Part shown: piece by piece, positions 49,689 through 61,101 of the stretch
Numbering within the stretch: the stretch's first letter is position 1
Layout: each line of letters begins with the position of its first letter
Source of the DNA: Yuukianura sp. NJ FZ-2021
Lineage: Eukaryota
Direction: 5' to 3'
NCBI GenBank assembly: GCA_046563655.1
Contig: CM102285.1
Location: forward strand, 9,486,001 to 9,550,000
DNA: 64,000 bases
Position numbers and translations under genes: made by a program
The notes under the pieces: generated by a model
Seen by the model: only the letters and a program-made list of their open reading frames with translations
Databases searched by the model: none
What the model was told of the DNA's origin: nothing

Positions 49689-52600
49689 CTACGACCGACA
49701 TTGTCTCCCGATTCTAGATTCATACTGAATCCATTGTAGGTATTCTGAAAATCACAATTTTTCAAATGAATTTTCTCAAATAATTGAAATTAGTTGCTTA
49801 ATTTTTTTTTTTTTTTTTTTCTTAAATTGTGTTAAAAAGTTAGCTCACTGAAAACTCGTGTGTAGACGCCTGGTCTCATAATTTCTCCACAGCGGACTCC
49901 AAATGAACAGATCCCAACGATTTCGTAGTTTCCAGTTTTACTGTTTCTGGCAAATAGACCACCGCCACTGTCACCTTAAGGAGAGACAGGAGGTCAATAA
50001 AAATAAACCGGTTGTAAACCGCACATAATGATAATAGCGAAGCAATAAGGGGATTTTCCCCCGGCTCCCCCCACTTCCCCGCCCCCCGGGGGGAGTGGGG
50101 TTGTGTTCTCCATACTTTCCCGAACCCACCCCCGGGGGAAACGGGGTGGGTTCCCCGGGGAAAGAGGGGGTGGGTTCCCCGGGGGGAGACGAAGTGGGTT
50201 CCCCCACTTCCTCACCCCCCATGGGGTGTCGCAGTGACTTCAAACAGAGATGTGGAGAAGAGGTGGGATCCGGATGAAGCAACAGAACGAATGGATAGGC
50301 GACACTGGACACAGTGCATGAGTGTGTAATGTCAACTGCGTAATAGATTTTTTGCTAAGCAGAGAATCAAGTCCCATGCCAATTGCCTTTCCAGTCTCAC
50401 AAGCAGTTTTTTTTACCCACACTTCCTCCATCCTCCTTCCTCCATGCCAATGCAATTCAATCGACTTGGAAAAATTTTGAGTTGCGGGTGAATGACCTCT
50501 CCAGACAACCCAAAAAATGACCTCTACAAAAGTTGTTCAGCCCGATGAGAGGATCATTTTGTCCCCTATGCCCTATGACCTTGTGACCTATCGCTAAGGC
50601 CACAGGTCGGTTTAAAGATAGCTGAAAAACTTCGGAATTACCTATGACCTCAGGGATAGGTCACAGGGTCATAGGTCATAGGACAAAAAATGATCACCTT
50701 GTCGAGCTGAACAACTTTTGTAGAGGTCATTTTTCCTGTCGTCGCTTGGTTACTGAGTTATCGGGGGAAAACGGTTGGCCTTGACCTTTGACCCAATGGG
50801 ATAATATTCAATAGTGATCATCTCCCGGTCATGAGATGTCGATTGGTGAAAACCGGAATGAAATTGGACCGGTAGTTTCTGAGAGGACTGCGCTAACTTT
50901 TCAGACAAACCACTTTTATAATAATAGCTTCGCTATTATAATAAACCGGTTGTAAACCGCCCATAATGATAATAGCGAAGATAGGGCCCCCCGAAGGGGA
51001 TGTGTTCCCCCCACTATCCCGCCCCCCCCCGGGGGAGTGGAGGTGTGTTCCCGCCACTTTCCCGCCCCCCCCCCGGTGGAGTGGGGGTGTGTTCCCCCCA
51101 CTTTCCCGCCCCCCCCCAGGGTGAGTGGTTGTGTTCCCTCACTTTTCCGACCCCCCTCTAGGGGGAGTGGGGGTGTTCCACGCACTTTTTTGCTCCGCAC
51201 CCCAGGGAGCGCGGGGATGTGTTCCCCCAATTTCCCGCCCCCCAAGGGGAGTGGGGGTGTTCCCCGCACTTTTTTGCTCCGCACCCAAGGGAGCGCGGGG
51301 TGTGTTCCCCCCACTTTCCCGCCCCCCCCAAGGGGAGTGGGGGTGTTCCTCTACTTTTTTGCTCCGCACCCCAGGGAGCGCGGGGTGTGTTCCCCCCACT
51401 TTCCCGCCCCCCCCCCCAAGGGGAGTGGGGCTGTTCCCCTACTTTTTTGCTCCGCATCGCAGGGAGCGCGGGGTGTGTTTTCCCCAATTTCCCGCTCCCC
51501 AGGGGGAGAGGGGGTGGTTCCCCGGGGGAGAGGGGGTGGTTCCCCGGGGGAGAGGGGGTGATTCCCCGGGGGAGAGGGGGTGGTTCCCCGGGGGAGAGGG
51601 GGTAGTTCCCCGGGAGAGAGGAGGTGTTTCCCCCACTTTCCCGCCCCCCCCCCAGGGGGTGCTGACAGGTGAGACGTGACAGCTGAGGCGTGACAGGTGA
51701 CACCCGGCAAGTGACAGGTGACAGGTGACACCCGGTATGTGACAGGTGACAGGTGACACCCGGGAAGTGAGAGGTGACAGGTGACACCCGGCAAGTGACA
51801 GGTGACACCCGCTGGACACAGTGCACGAGTGTGTAAAGTGTATACTATGCCAACTGCGTAATAGATTTTTTGCTAAGCAGAGAACCAAGTCCCATGCCAA
51901 TTGCCTTTCCAGTCTCACAAGCAGAGTTTTTGTTACCCACACTTGCATTACAAATGACCTTTGAAATCCATTTTGACCCGGAAGCAGGTGACCTAGGGTC
52001 ACACATTACGCACAAAAGTTGTTCCCCTCGATGAGATGAACAACTTTTGTAGAGGTCATTTTCTGGGTTACCGGGGATGAAACCGGTTGACCTTGACCTT
52101 TGACCCGGAAGGAGTTGCCCCACGGGGGTCATATTCAATAGTGAATAGGTCCGGGTCATGACATGGTCACTGGTGAAAACCCGGTTGAAATTGGTCCAAC
52201 AGTTCCGGAGAAAATCGTTCTAATGTTTTCCGGGACAGACGGACAGACAGACGTCTTCTATAATAATAGCTTCGCTATTATAATAACCCCAAAGAACGTT
52301 TTGTAGACATGGCAACGACTGAGAATTTAGAATTTACACACCACGTCATCATGCAAAACCCGAACGAATGGATTCTTTCGACTTAAATTTTGCACAACAG
52401 GCAAAAAAGAGCTATTTACAGCATAAAGCAAAGCATAGACTTTAAATAACAAACACCAAAAAATTGGAAAAAATCCTTCGGCGACAATTAAAGACAAAAA
52501 TAAGGGGTGAGAACCCAAAACTAAGCTCACAACGATTTGCCCCTGATTCGGCTCTATTAACTTTGATTCGGGGTTAATGAAGTCTAGTTTTAAAAGTTCA

Positions 52601-55600
52601 TTCACCCTGAAAAACCCTACTTCCAGACATGTTGCCCCCGCCCCCTTCCCAAGGATATTGTCCACACTCCTGGATATGTAGTCCTCAGTTCACAATATTG
52701 TCTACACTCCAGGACATGTTGTCCTCCCTTCCCAAGATATTGCCCACTCAATAATTTAACAATCAACCATGCATCGAAGTGCTTTTCTGCTCTTGGTGTG
52801 TTACGGTGGCCCTTAAAAGGGCCTTTGGCTGATGAGATCAGATGATGTAGGCTATTGATTTCCGCACCAGCGCTGATACTCCTGTCGCGTAATTCTCTAC
52901 TAAGGAATCTAATGAGTAATGACGATTTTGATGACGAAATGATGAAGATTCGCTTGGAGGGTGATTAACAGTTATTCTTGCTTTCTATCGAAATTTCATA
53001 ATAGGATTGTTATTTCTCAATCTATTTTCTAAGATTTGGTTGTGCCTCTTCCCATCATGGCTGGCATCCACAACGATGGCTCATTTGTCTGTGCGGAGCA
53101 TGTCAAAGTTGAAGCGTTTGAAGAATCAGTGATCTCTGTTAGCCATGTACTTCAGGAGCCCAAGCCCCCATTCGAAGCGATGAGATTAGTCAGCATTCAA
53201 CTACTTTGGTTCCTGTTCATCGCTCTAAGCGAACGAAGAAGTTATATTACCGTTATGGGTTCTCTTAAATGCTTAAGTTTGCTATATTTGTACTTATACA
53301 ATTTCTGTAAGAATTATACTTTGTTGAGTTAAGAGCCTCATCGGTGCCACATCGTTGTGAGCTTAGTTTTGGGTTCTCACCCCTTATTTTTGTCTTTAAT
53401 TGTCGCCGAAGGATTTTTTCCAATTTTTTGGTGTTTGTTATTTTATAATTTTTTTCCTCATAGGTTCCTAAAGGTTATAAGCCCACTCTATACTCGCCAT
53501 TTTTCGGGGAATTTTCCTGGCAGCGAATGGGAAACTTAATTTATGCTTTTTTTTCCTCGATGGCAAACAGTTTCCCGGGGGACGCGAGGGAAAAGGATTT
53601 CATAGGAACACAATATATGCTTTTCCATAACTTTGTCTTCTCCTTGCGTTTTCCAAAGTTGAACTCAATCCTACTTTTTTCCCGGGAAAGCGTTGATTAT
53701 CAGACTTTGACTGTCTGATTCAGACAGTTGTCAATTCGATTTTGTACTTTTTTGTCTCGACAAAGACACCTTCCACACATTTTTCCTCTACCAATTTATA
53801 CTTTCTCCAGGACAAAGGTCCAAATTTGTGTGAGAAAATCCCTGGGAAATTGTTGAGGGAGAGTTGAGAGGAAAAGTATAAATTGGTGAAACTCAAAAAA
53901 TTACAAAAGCAACTTTGCCCGGCTTTTTTCCTTGGGAAAAGGAAAAAAGTATAAATTGGGCTATAAATCTTCATATGAAGTTTGACTTGCGATATTAGTC
54001 TCAATTCGTATTCAGTGAGACAACTTAACTTGGCAAACTCCTGACAGCGTATTGAGTGGGAAGTTGTTGCTCACATTTGTTAAGATTGCTTATTGAAAAT
54101 GGTCAATGGTCAATGGTCAATTGCCTATTGATCGTTATCAAAGTGAGTTTTAAATTATTTTGAATTTTCTCAAATCTTCAAATCAAAATTTCGGCTCTTG
54201 AAGAAAAGCTTTTGGGTATGCCAATTATGCAATCCTATACGAAATTTGCTGCTGATTCATATTTTCGTGGTCTCTACTTGGGGCAAGCCTTAGTTCTGTT
54301 AGCAACGAGCCATAAAACACTGTTGCAATGAAATTTTGTCATTGGAAACTTCACTAATCGATTCAGAACCCTCGAGATATGCCAGATTCAAATTTTCAGC
54401 TATTTACTAATTATATTGCCTGAGTTATTAATTAAAAACCGGAAAAGTCGACGTTCAAATTCCATTCCTGAGGTTTACCCCATAGTAGGTTGCTAACGGC
54501 AACCACCTTAATTCGTGTTTGTTGTCACCTCAGGAAAAAGGCAATTTGTTACTCAGAATTGTTGGAATTGTTACTGTAGAATGCCTAGTTGTCATAGTGA
54601 ATTTTGAAAGTATTGGATCGAAAGGATTAAAATCAAAATTTTAAAATGGAATTTTCTAAAATATATAACCGAATTTGCTTATCTATTTATGTCAATTCTA
54701 CAGGAAATGAGTTGCTGCGTCATATTTTTTTGGTGTCTAGTTGGGTCGAGCCGTATTTCCCTTAGCAACGGGCCGTAAAACCCTGTTGCGCTGAAATTTT
54801 GTCATTGGAAACATCACCAATCGATTCAGAACCCTCGAAATATGTCAGATCCAAATTTTCAGATTTTTATTCATTAAATTGCCTGAGTTATTAATTAAAA
54901 ACCGGAAAAGTCGACGTTCAAATTCCATTCCTGAGGTTTACCTCATAGTAGGTTGCTAAGGGCAACCAACTAATTCGTGTTTGTTGTCACCTCAGGAAAA
55001 AGAGCTTTAAAAAACACTGAAAATGCTTCACATTCACAAGTTGTGAGTCAAACAACCTTCTATCTACCAGTTATTTGGAATTATATGTTTACTCAAAGCT
55101 TATTTTACTTAGAAGTGTATTTGTACTTTGATTTCTTCCTATCGCTGATGTGCTATTTTTGCATTTTCGCTGCGTTTGAAGCGCGTCAGTCCAGCGTATA
55201 AACTAGAGAATCGGAATTGTTCTTACAAGCACTTCAATCGGAACAACTGAAAGGTACGTAACTCTGGGTATGTTACTACTAATTTAGACCAATAACATCG
55301 CTTCTTTGGTAAAACATATCCTAATTTAGTGCTCCAGCGATTCATTTTGATTTGGTTACGTTAGAAAACGAAACGGAACTTGCGACTCCAAAACGAAAAC
55401 AGTACGGTCAACACACTGCTCCAGGTAATTTGGAGAAAAGAAAAACCAAATAAGCATCAAACGGCTATTTTCCTTGCCTACGGCTATTTTCTATCAATTA
55501 CTTTTTCAAAAAATTTACATACTTTTCTTTTATTTCTTTGAATGAACTAATGGGAACACTTATTCCTTCTGGAAAAGATCTTTTTGACATCTTAGGATTT

Positions 55601-57998
55601 AGGTACGCAAGGTTGTTGTAATCGAGATTTTTCTTAACATGATATGCCATAACTCCTATTTTTTAAAAGTTGTTTTGAAATTTTTCTGAGATTTGTTGAC
55701 CCCGCGCCTTGTAAAGTAAATGGGATTGGTCCAAAAGTTGCTTGTTTCTATTTTCTTCTTTTTTTTTAAATCGCACTTATGGCATAACCTGTTACGGCAT
55801 TTGTAAAAATGGCCACTCACTATAGCGACCTTGAAGGTACGTAACCATTTCCACCCACACATTGTACGGCTGTCACTGTCAGTATTTTTTACTCTTATTA
55901 CTGTGTATCTGTTCTCGCGGTTCTTAAATAGAGAGTTGAAAAAAGTATGAATCCGCTTGATAGAGTGAGAACACTTAGTTTAAACTTTCTCAAATTCAGT
56001 TTTTTTTTTCAAATTCTATGGCATTACTGTGTGATACAAAATTCTCCAAAGTTCAAAAATCATAAGCTTGTCCACGTCCTTAGAGGCACGTTGTAATGTT
56101 GATTCGATGTTAGACTAACGACACTACTTTGATTATAGGTTTTGGTAGAGACATGGTCGTTGCTACCCTCGCACTTGCCGCTGCACCAGTCGTTTTGGCT
56201 ACGGCCACTGCAACAGCTGGTGGTGCTGCTGCAACTGGTGGATTCGCTGCGGCTGCTACTGCTACAGCCAATGGTGGAACTATTGGTGGTGCTATTGCAA
56301 TTGGTGTGTCAGTGGGGCCAGTGGGGTGGTTTATACTTGGGTCGAGCCAAAATGAATCGGGTTACACGTTCGACTGTTGGAAGCCAGTGTTGCATGACGA
56401 ATCCGCCGAAGCGTCCAGCGGAATGATACTCAATGACGTTATGGCTGACCCACGTATTAAGAACGTAAAAGTAACCACCGAGGGTAGTTCCATGCCGGAA
56501 ATCTTTCTGGAGAACATTTGGGACGAACAATTTCGAATTGAATACATGGAGCTTCCGACTGCTAACGGAAATACTATGACTGCTCTTCATGCGAAGCGGA
56601 TTTAGAATGCAAGGCAATTATTCCATTTTAAACATTTTCTGCTTAACCGTTCCCGAATGTGAACTGCTTTCTCTTTCTCAACGTTTCTAACAAATCTGTT
56701 GAATATCCCACTACTATAATTGTGATTATTTGAAAATCTTTTGACGTTAAATTAAATGAGTGCAAATTAATTACAGTGAGTTTCTGAAAGTGGGAAGACG
56801 GGAGTTAAAGTTAACTTAACCAAAAATTAGTTAGGATTTGCACAAATATCAGCAGGAATTTTAAGTCACTTACAAATGAAATAGGGAATTTACCTGGGCA
56901 AGTGTCTCTTTGACCATGTTGTAAGTCACCGGCACAAATGGAGTGTTCTGTTACCCGGCGTTTGTAGTAAGCGACCGATGAATTTATACACTCCGAATTT
57001 GTGATTATGGGCAACTCCACTCTCAACAATTTATCCGATTTTGGGCCTTCGAACCAAACTTGGCCCCATCCAGCTGAAGTTGAAATTTGGAATTTTTAGA
57101 CAGAATTTTGAAATTCTATTTCAGATTAGAATTGCAAAACGTTTCCTGATTTACCTGTTATGGCTTCACTTTGGAGCATTTCAGGTTCTTTGGGTAAGCA
57201 AACTGACCTCAAACGAGAATCTGATATGTCAATGTCTTCATCTAGTTCAATCAGAGCCAGGTCATTGTAGTGCATGAACTTGTTGTAGTTGGGATGCAAT
57301 ATGAAGGTCACTGCTTGTCGCTTGATAGTTTTTCCACATGTTTCGGTGGACAGCAAAAGGTCATGCTCGTTAATCCAAACTTCAGTTTGGTTGACATTCA
57401 TACCCAGAAGACAATGTTGGGCTGTTAGGACAAAGCGATTGTTGATGAGTGAGCCACCACAAAAATGACGCTTCAGAATTGTTCCGTTGGCAAATTCATG
57501 TCGCTGGATTAAGGCTACCACCCAAGGGAATTCATTCACTTCTGCTTCTGATCCACCATAAATTAAAGGCGTCACTGTCTCCGAACTTTTAGCATCATGA
57601 GGCTGAACTCCGCAAACTGTACATTTTTGACATTAATATTTTAGAGTCATTTTTTTTTCTAAAACTCGATAAACTTACTACAGTTTGAGAATTCAGTGAC
57701 TTTTGAACCGAGATCATTAAATTCATACTCTGTCGGATGAAATTCTGGGAGGATTTCATTTTCTTCTCCTTCTGTTTCTGGAGGATGAACAAATTCCTGG
57801 GAAAAAGTTGTCAACTCTTCCACTTCTGTGAGATCATCATCCTACGTATGCATAATTGAAAAATTAAATCTTGAATTTGAAAATTTAGTCGCTACAAGTT
57901 AAAAGTAGAATTTCAGTACTTACAGTATGTGCCGTAAAACAGTCCAACTGAAACCCAAGTATCAGAAGCACAATGACACCGTTAAAGCTTTGCTTCAT
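49689..57998 (-). CDS. Trypsin-like serine protease (S1A) with intact triad, split by a 6,919-bp intron
   Basis: Signal MKQSFNGVIVLLILGF, IYGGSEAEVNEFPW, FCGGSLINNRFVLTAQHC, NDLALIEL. ICAG..RDTCP G|GTAAAT (donor 56893) joins TAAG|GT GAC AGT GGC GGT (exon from 49974: DSGGGLFAR...GICSFGVRCG..RPGVYTRV). Last exon KYLQWIQYESRIGRQCRS*, stop 49689-49691. Confidence 0.88.
50002..50944 (-). mobile_element. Non-autonomous Helentron/DINE-1-like element (HINE), unit 1
   Basis: On the minus strand it begins TTATTATAATAGCGAAGCTATTATT (subTIR plus adjacent IR). It ends CTTCGCTATTAT-CATTAT-GTG-CGGTTTACAACCG-GTTTATT (3' subTIR, short stem-loop, T tail). Internal GC-rich block and TGACCT-rich region. Confidence 0.75.
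50940..52286 (-). mobile_element. Non-autonomous Helentron/DINE-1-like element (HINE), unit 2, with internal tandem repeats
   Basis: Same termini as unit 1, sharing AATAA at the junction. (GTCY)n microsatellite near the 5' end at 52233-52252. GC-rich ~80-bp and ~22-bp arrays at 50990-51660 and GTGACAG repeats at 51660-51810. Confidence 0.78.
52444..53443. mobile_element. Segment bounded by 93-bp inverted repeats (putative non-autonomous TIR/foldback element)
   Basis: 52444-52536 is the reverse complement of 53351-53443. No transposase is recognisable inside. Confidence 0.65.
52803..52828 (-). other. Replication-dependent histone mRNA 3' stem-loop motif (orphan)
   Basis: Minus strand reads CCAAA-GGCCCT-TTTA-AGGGCC-ACCGT, followed by purine-rich CAAGAGCAGAAAAG. 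No histone ORF upstream. Confidence 0.6.
54299..55002. repeat. Pair of ~240-bp direct repeats (54299-54540 and 54762-55002)
   Basis: Shared blocks such as TGAAATTTTGTCATTGGAAAC, AATCGATTCAGAACCCTCGA and TTATTAATTAAAAACCGGAAAAGTCGACGTTCAAATTCCATTCCTGAGGTTTACC. Confidence 0.8.
56129..56605 (+). CDS. Uncharacterised protein (Ala/Gly-rich hydrophobic segment plus ~90-aa globular domain), nested antisense in the protease intron; 5' end uncertain
   Basis: 158-codon ORF: ATATAGGAAATGG...GPVGWFILG, then YTFDCWKPVLHDES..SSGMILNDVMADPRI...LENIWDEQFRIEY. There is a possible acceptor TATAG at ~56138 and an in-frame ATG at 56153. Confidence 0.6.
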   Translation: MIIGFGRDMVVATLALAAAPVVLATATATAGGAAATGGFAAAATATANGGTIGGAIAIGVSVGPVGWFILGSSQNESGYTFDCWKPVLHDESAEASSGMILNDVMADPRIKNVKVTTEGSSMPEIFLENIWDEQFRIEYMELPTANGNTMTALHAKRI

Positions 57999-58329
57999 GA
58001 TTGTTGTGACGCCAATTGGAATGTAAATGCAAGTTAACTTCTTTACGGGTTTCAGCAAAACTCGTTTCTTAGAAAAGTAATAGGTAAAACCTGAAACTAA
58101 CGATAAGTCCAAAATTTCTTTTGAAAACTCTTGAACTACTGCTTGTTCCGGCACTACTTACTTTGGGAAACATTATTTTTCTGAGGTATTACGTGACCAC
58201 AAAAATGAACGTCTCATGTAACATGTAAAATGTAAACCCACCACTATTCCAACGTTTATTGACGTCATAAATTATACTGTTGCCCAAAATTTGTAATTCT
58301 TTCACTACAATGCAAACACCGTAGAAGTA

Positions 58330-60699
58330 TCAAAGGCTACACCATTCAGCATCATCAGTGTTATGCAAGATCCAATCAGCGTAAGTCCCCACACGCGTGT
58401 ACACTACGGGAGTGAATGCCTGTCGATTGATATATCCGTGTGACACTAAACCAATCAGTGTGTAGCGTCCATTGTTCGGAAGCATCAGAGGACCTCCGGC
58501 TTCCGCTGCGCAAGACTCAGCCGGTTGTTGTTTTGCCAAAGAGCCTGCGCACATTTGGTTTCCAGTGACCTATAAAATGGAAGTTCTAAATTTCAGACTC
58601 TTGAATTCAAAATTTGAAAATAGTGAATTGAATTGGGTTTGACCCTGTTGCGATGAGCTGTGTCTCTGTTGCAAACGGGATTGGAAATCACTTGAATGTC
58701 TTCCTTACACATCCTGTTGGTCGCAAATCGATTCGCCGAGGAGCCCCATCCAATAACCCTAAAGAACTTTTCTAAATTACACGGATAAGGCATTTCTTTT
58801 GACCTTTGACCCTACAGCTTACCTTGCAGTCATGCCATCGTATGTACTCATTCCAGCAGGAAGACATGCTGGGACATAGTAACTGGATGTTGAAATGTCA
58901 ACTGGATGTGACAGTTTTGCCAGAGCAATGTCATTGTCGTGTGTCGTCCGATCATAGTTTGGATGCATAAAAATTTCTCGTACGTCTCGTTTCAAAATTC
59001 GATCTGAGTGGATGGCATTGTCAATTGACTGAAAATTATTGTGGGCCGTCAACCAAACTTGGACTGTGTCGGCGTTAAAGGATACAAAACATGAAGCACT
59101 CGACAGTACATAGGCGTTGTTGATCAAGACTCCAGCGCACTATTACGAAATTCAAAAATAAACCAAGCACCAAGTTAGCCTATAAACAATTTTGAGGAAT
59201 CTCATATCGTGTTACAGAATTTTTTGAACAAAGATTTTGTTGCCAACTTACAAAAGGGCGACCTGCTCCACCAAAAATTCCTGTTCGGACTAATGCAACT
59301 GTCCAAGGATATTCGTTAATTCCAGATCTGTCAGCATTGTCTACTTTAAACGGTGTTTTTCCGCACTCTAAAATAATTTATTTTCAAAACCTCGATTATT
59401 TCGAAACAATTACAATGTTGGCAATTTTTGATAAAAAAAGATATAGATTCTTAGCCAAATTCTTCAACAAGCTGTACCACAAGATGCTCGTCCTTGAGGA
59501 GACAGCGTGAAAACGCTATTCGTGATGTTCCATTCGTCTGAAATGGTCAGGGGTGAATCCGGATCAGCAGGCGGTTGTTTCGGAAACAGAACTGCAGCAG
59601 CTTCCGGAACTTTCGGCTTCGTAATTTTGTATTTTCCAGTCGCTGGAGGCAAAACAGCAATTTTGTCATTCTCGGTCGACGTTTCCACTTGAACGGGTAC
59701 TACTGGCAGTGGAGCCTCCTTGACAGGAAGCACTGATCCCGGATTTTCTTCTACCGGAACTCCAGGAACTTCTGGTTCAAAAATCGGTTCTGGACGAGCA
59801 GAGGCTACTGGTGGCTCAGTTGGTTTTGGCCTTTTCGTAAACTCTCCAGGTTCCTGGACTGGGACAAATCCTGTTTGAACTGTTTGAATGGAAGGTGCTG
59901 GGGGCGGTTGAGACGGTTCTTCGACCAATCCAGACTCTTCTTGAACGTCTTCCAGTTCTGACGGATTTGGTGATGACGGAACGGCAGGCGAAAGACCTTC
60001 AAAATTGTCAAGGTTCGGAACTTCCGGCACGGTAGCAGCCGAAGACGATTCGACATTTGGTACTGGCGAATTCGCTGATACTGGCTTTTCAGGGATTTTG
60101 GGGGGTGGCAGCTCCTCTTCCTCGGGAACAGGACGCTGCGAAGATACTTTCGGGCGGACAGTACTGCTACTAGTGCTGCTTGCAGTTGTTTCTTCGGAAT
60201 CTTCTTCGTCCGTCTCATCTTCTTCTTCTTCTCCTTCTTCTTGTCGGAATACGACGACGACTTCCTTGACTGGGTCCTTGACCTCTTCAGCCGGAAGGAG
60301 TGTCAACTTTAAGTCAATGTCCTCTGTTGAGTCAGTCATATTCATTTTCTCTTCCTTTAGTGCCACGATGAGATACTCTAATGAATCCTTGACCTCGGCG
60401 TTTGCAGCGAGCGTCGGTTTTACATCGTCTACGCTAGAGTCGCTGGTGACTTCATCGCTTGATACGACACTCAAAATAATCTCGTGCTGTTCAGTTGTTG
60501 TTTCAATTTCATCGGAGGAGGACTTTGGCTAACATGCGAATTGAACATTTCAAATAAGTATAAATTCGATTAATTAATTACCAAATTGATAACTACCAAT
60601 TGTTCTTACCTCAGTATTAATTGGAGATCCCAAAATAGGAGAAATTAAACATTGGAAAATAATAAAACCTATGCCTAACTGTGTGTTTAATATTTTCAT
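58330..60699 (-). CDS. Non-catalytic serine protease homolog with a long acidic/Pro-rich N-terminal stalk
   Basis: Signal exon MKILNTQLGIGFIIFQCLISPILG and a ~350-aa E/P/S/T-rich exon. Then NEYPWTVAL, CAGVLINNAYVLSSASC (His>Ser), DNDIALAKL, SCAAEAGGPLML (Ser>Ala) and VYTRVGTYADWI. Confidence 0.85.
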
Positions 60700-61101
60700 T
60701 TTAGTTCTCTTTTAAGTTATTGTTTCCAATTTTTGAACTCTGTATGAATAAATGACCTTTGCAATAGTAATGCTAAGTTTCTGCAATCTGAAATCTTCTG
60801 TAAGGAACAAAAGATGAAAGCAGATCCACAGGACATGGACATGAAATGAGTACCGGTTTTTCGCGAATGAATTTAGTGCAAAAAATCATGTAATTCCAGT
60901 TTGTTCAGATTGGATGATAAGGCAAGCATTTGACGTTAAAATTGTATGAGTTCAAAAGGTAAATAAACTGTGAGAAGAAAAGTCAGAATTAACGGGAGAT
61001 TAATAGCGATTCAGGAGATTAGGATTTAAGATTGACATTTAATTGAAAATGCTTAGTCGAATGCGAATGGGAAGATGATGGTCAGAAGTTTTCTATGTCA
61101 A

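Noticed and set aside
49971..52159. Gly/Pro-rich ORFs in the GC-rich region
   Set aside because: They arise from tandem repeats inside non-autonomous elements, are open in several frames on both strands, and show no domain signal.
52830..53340. Histone or transposase CDS within the inverted-repeat segment
   Set aside because: No histone-fold or DDE motifs are recognisable in the translations.
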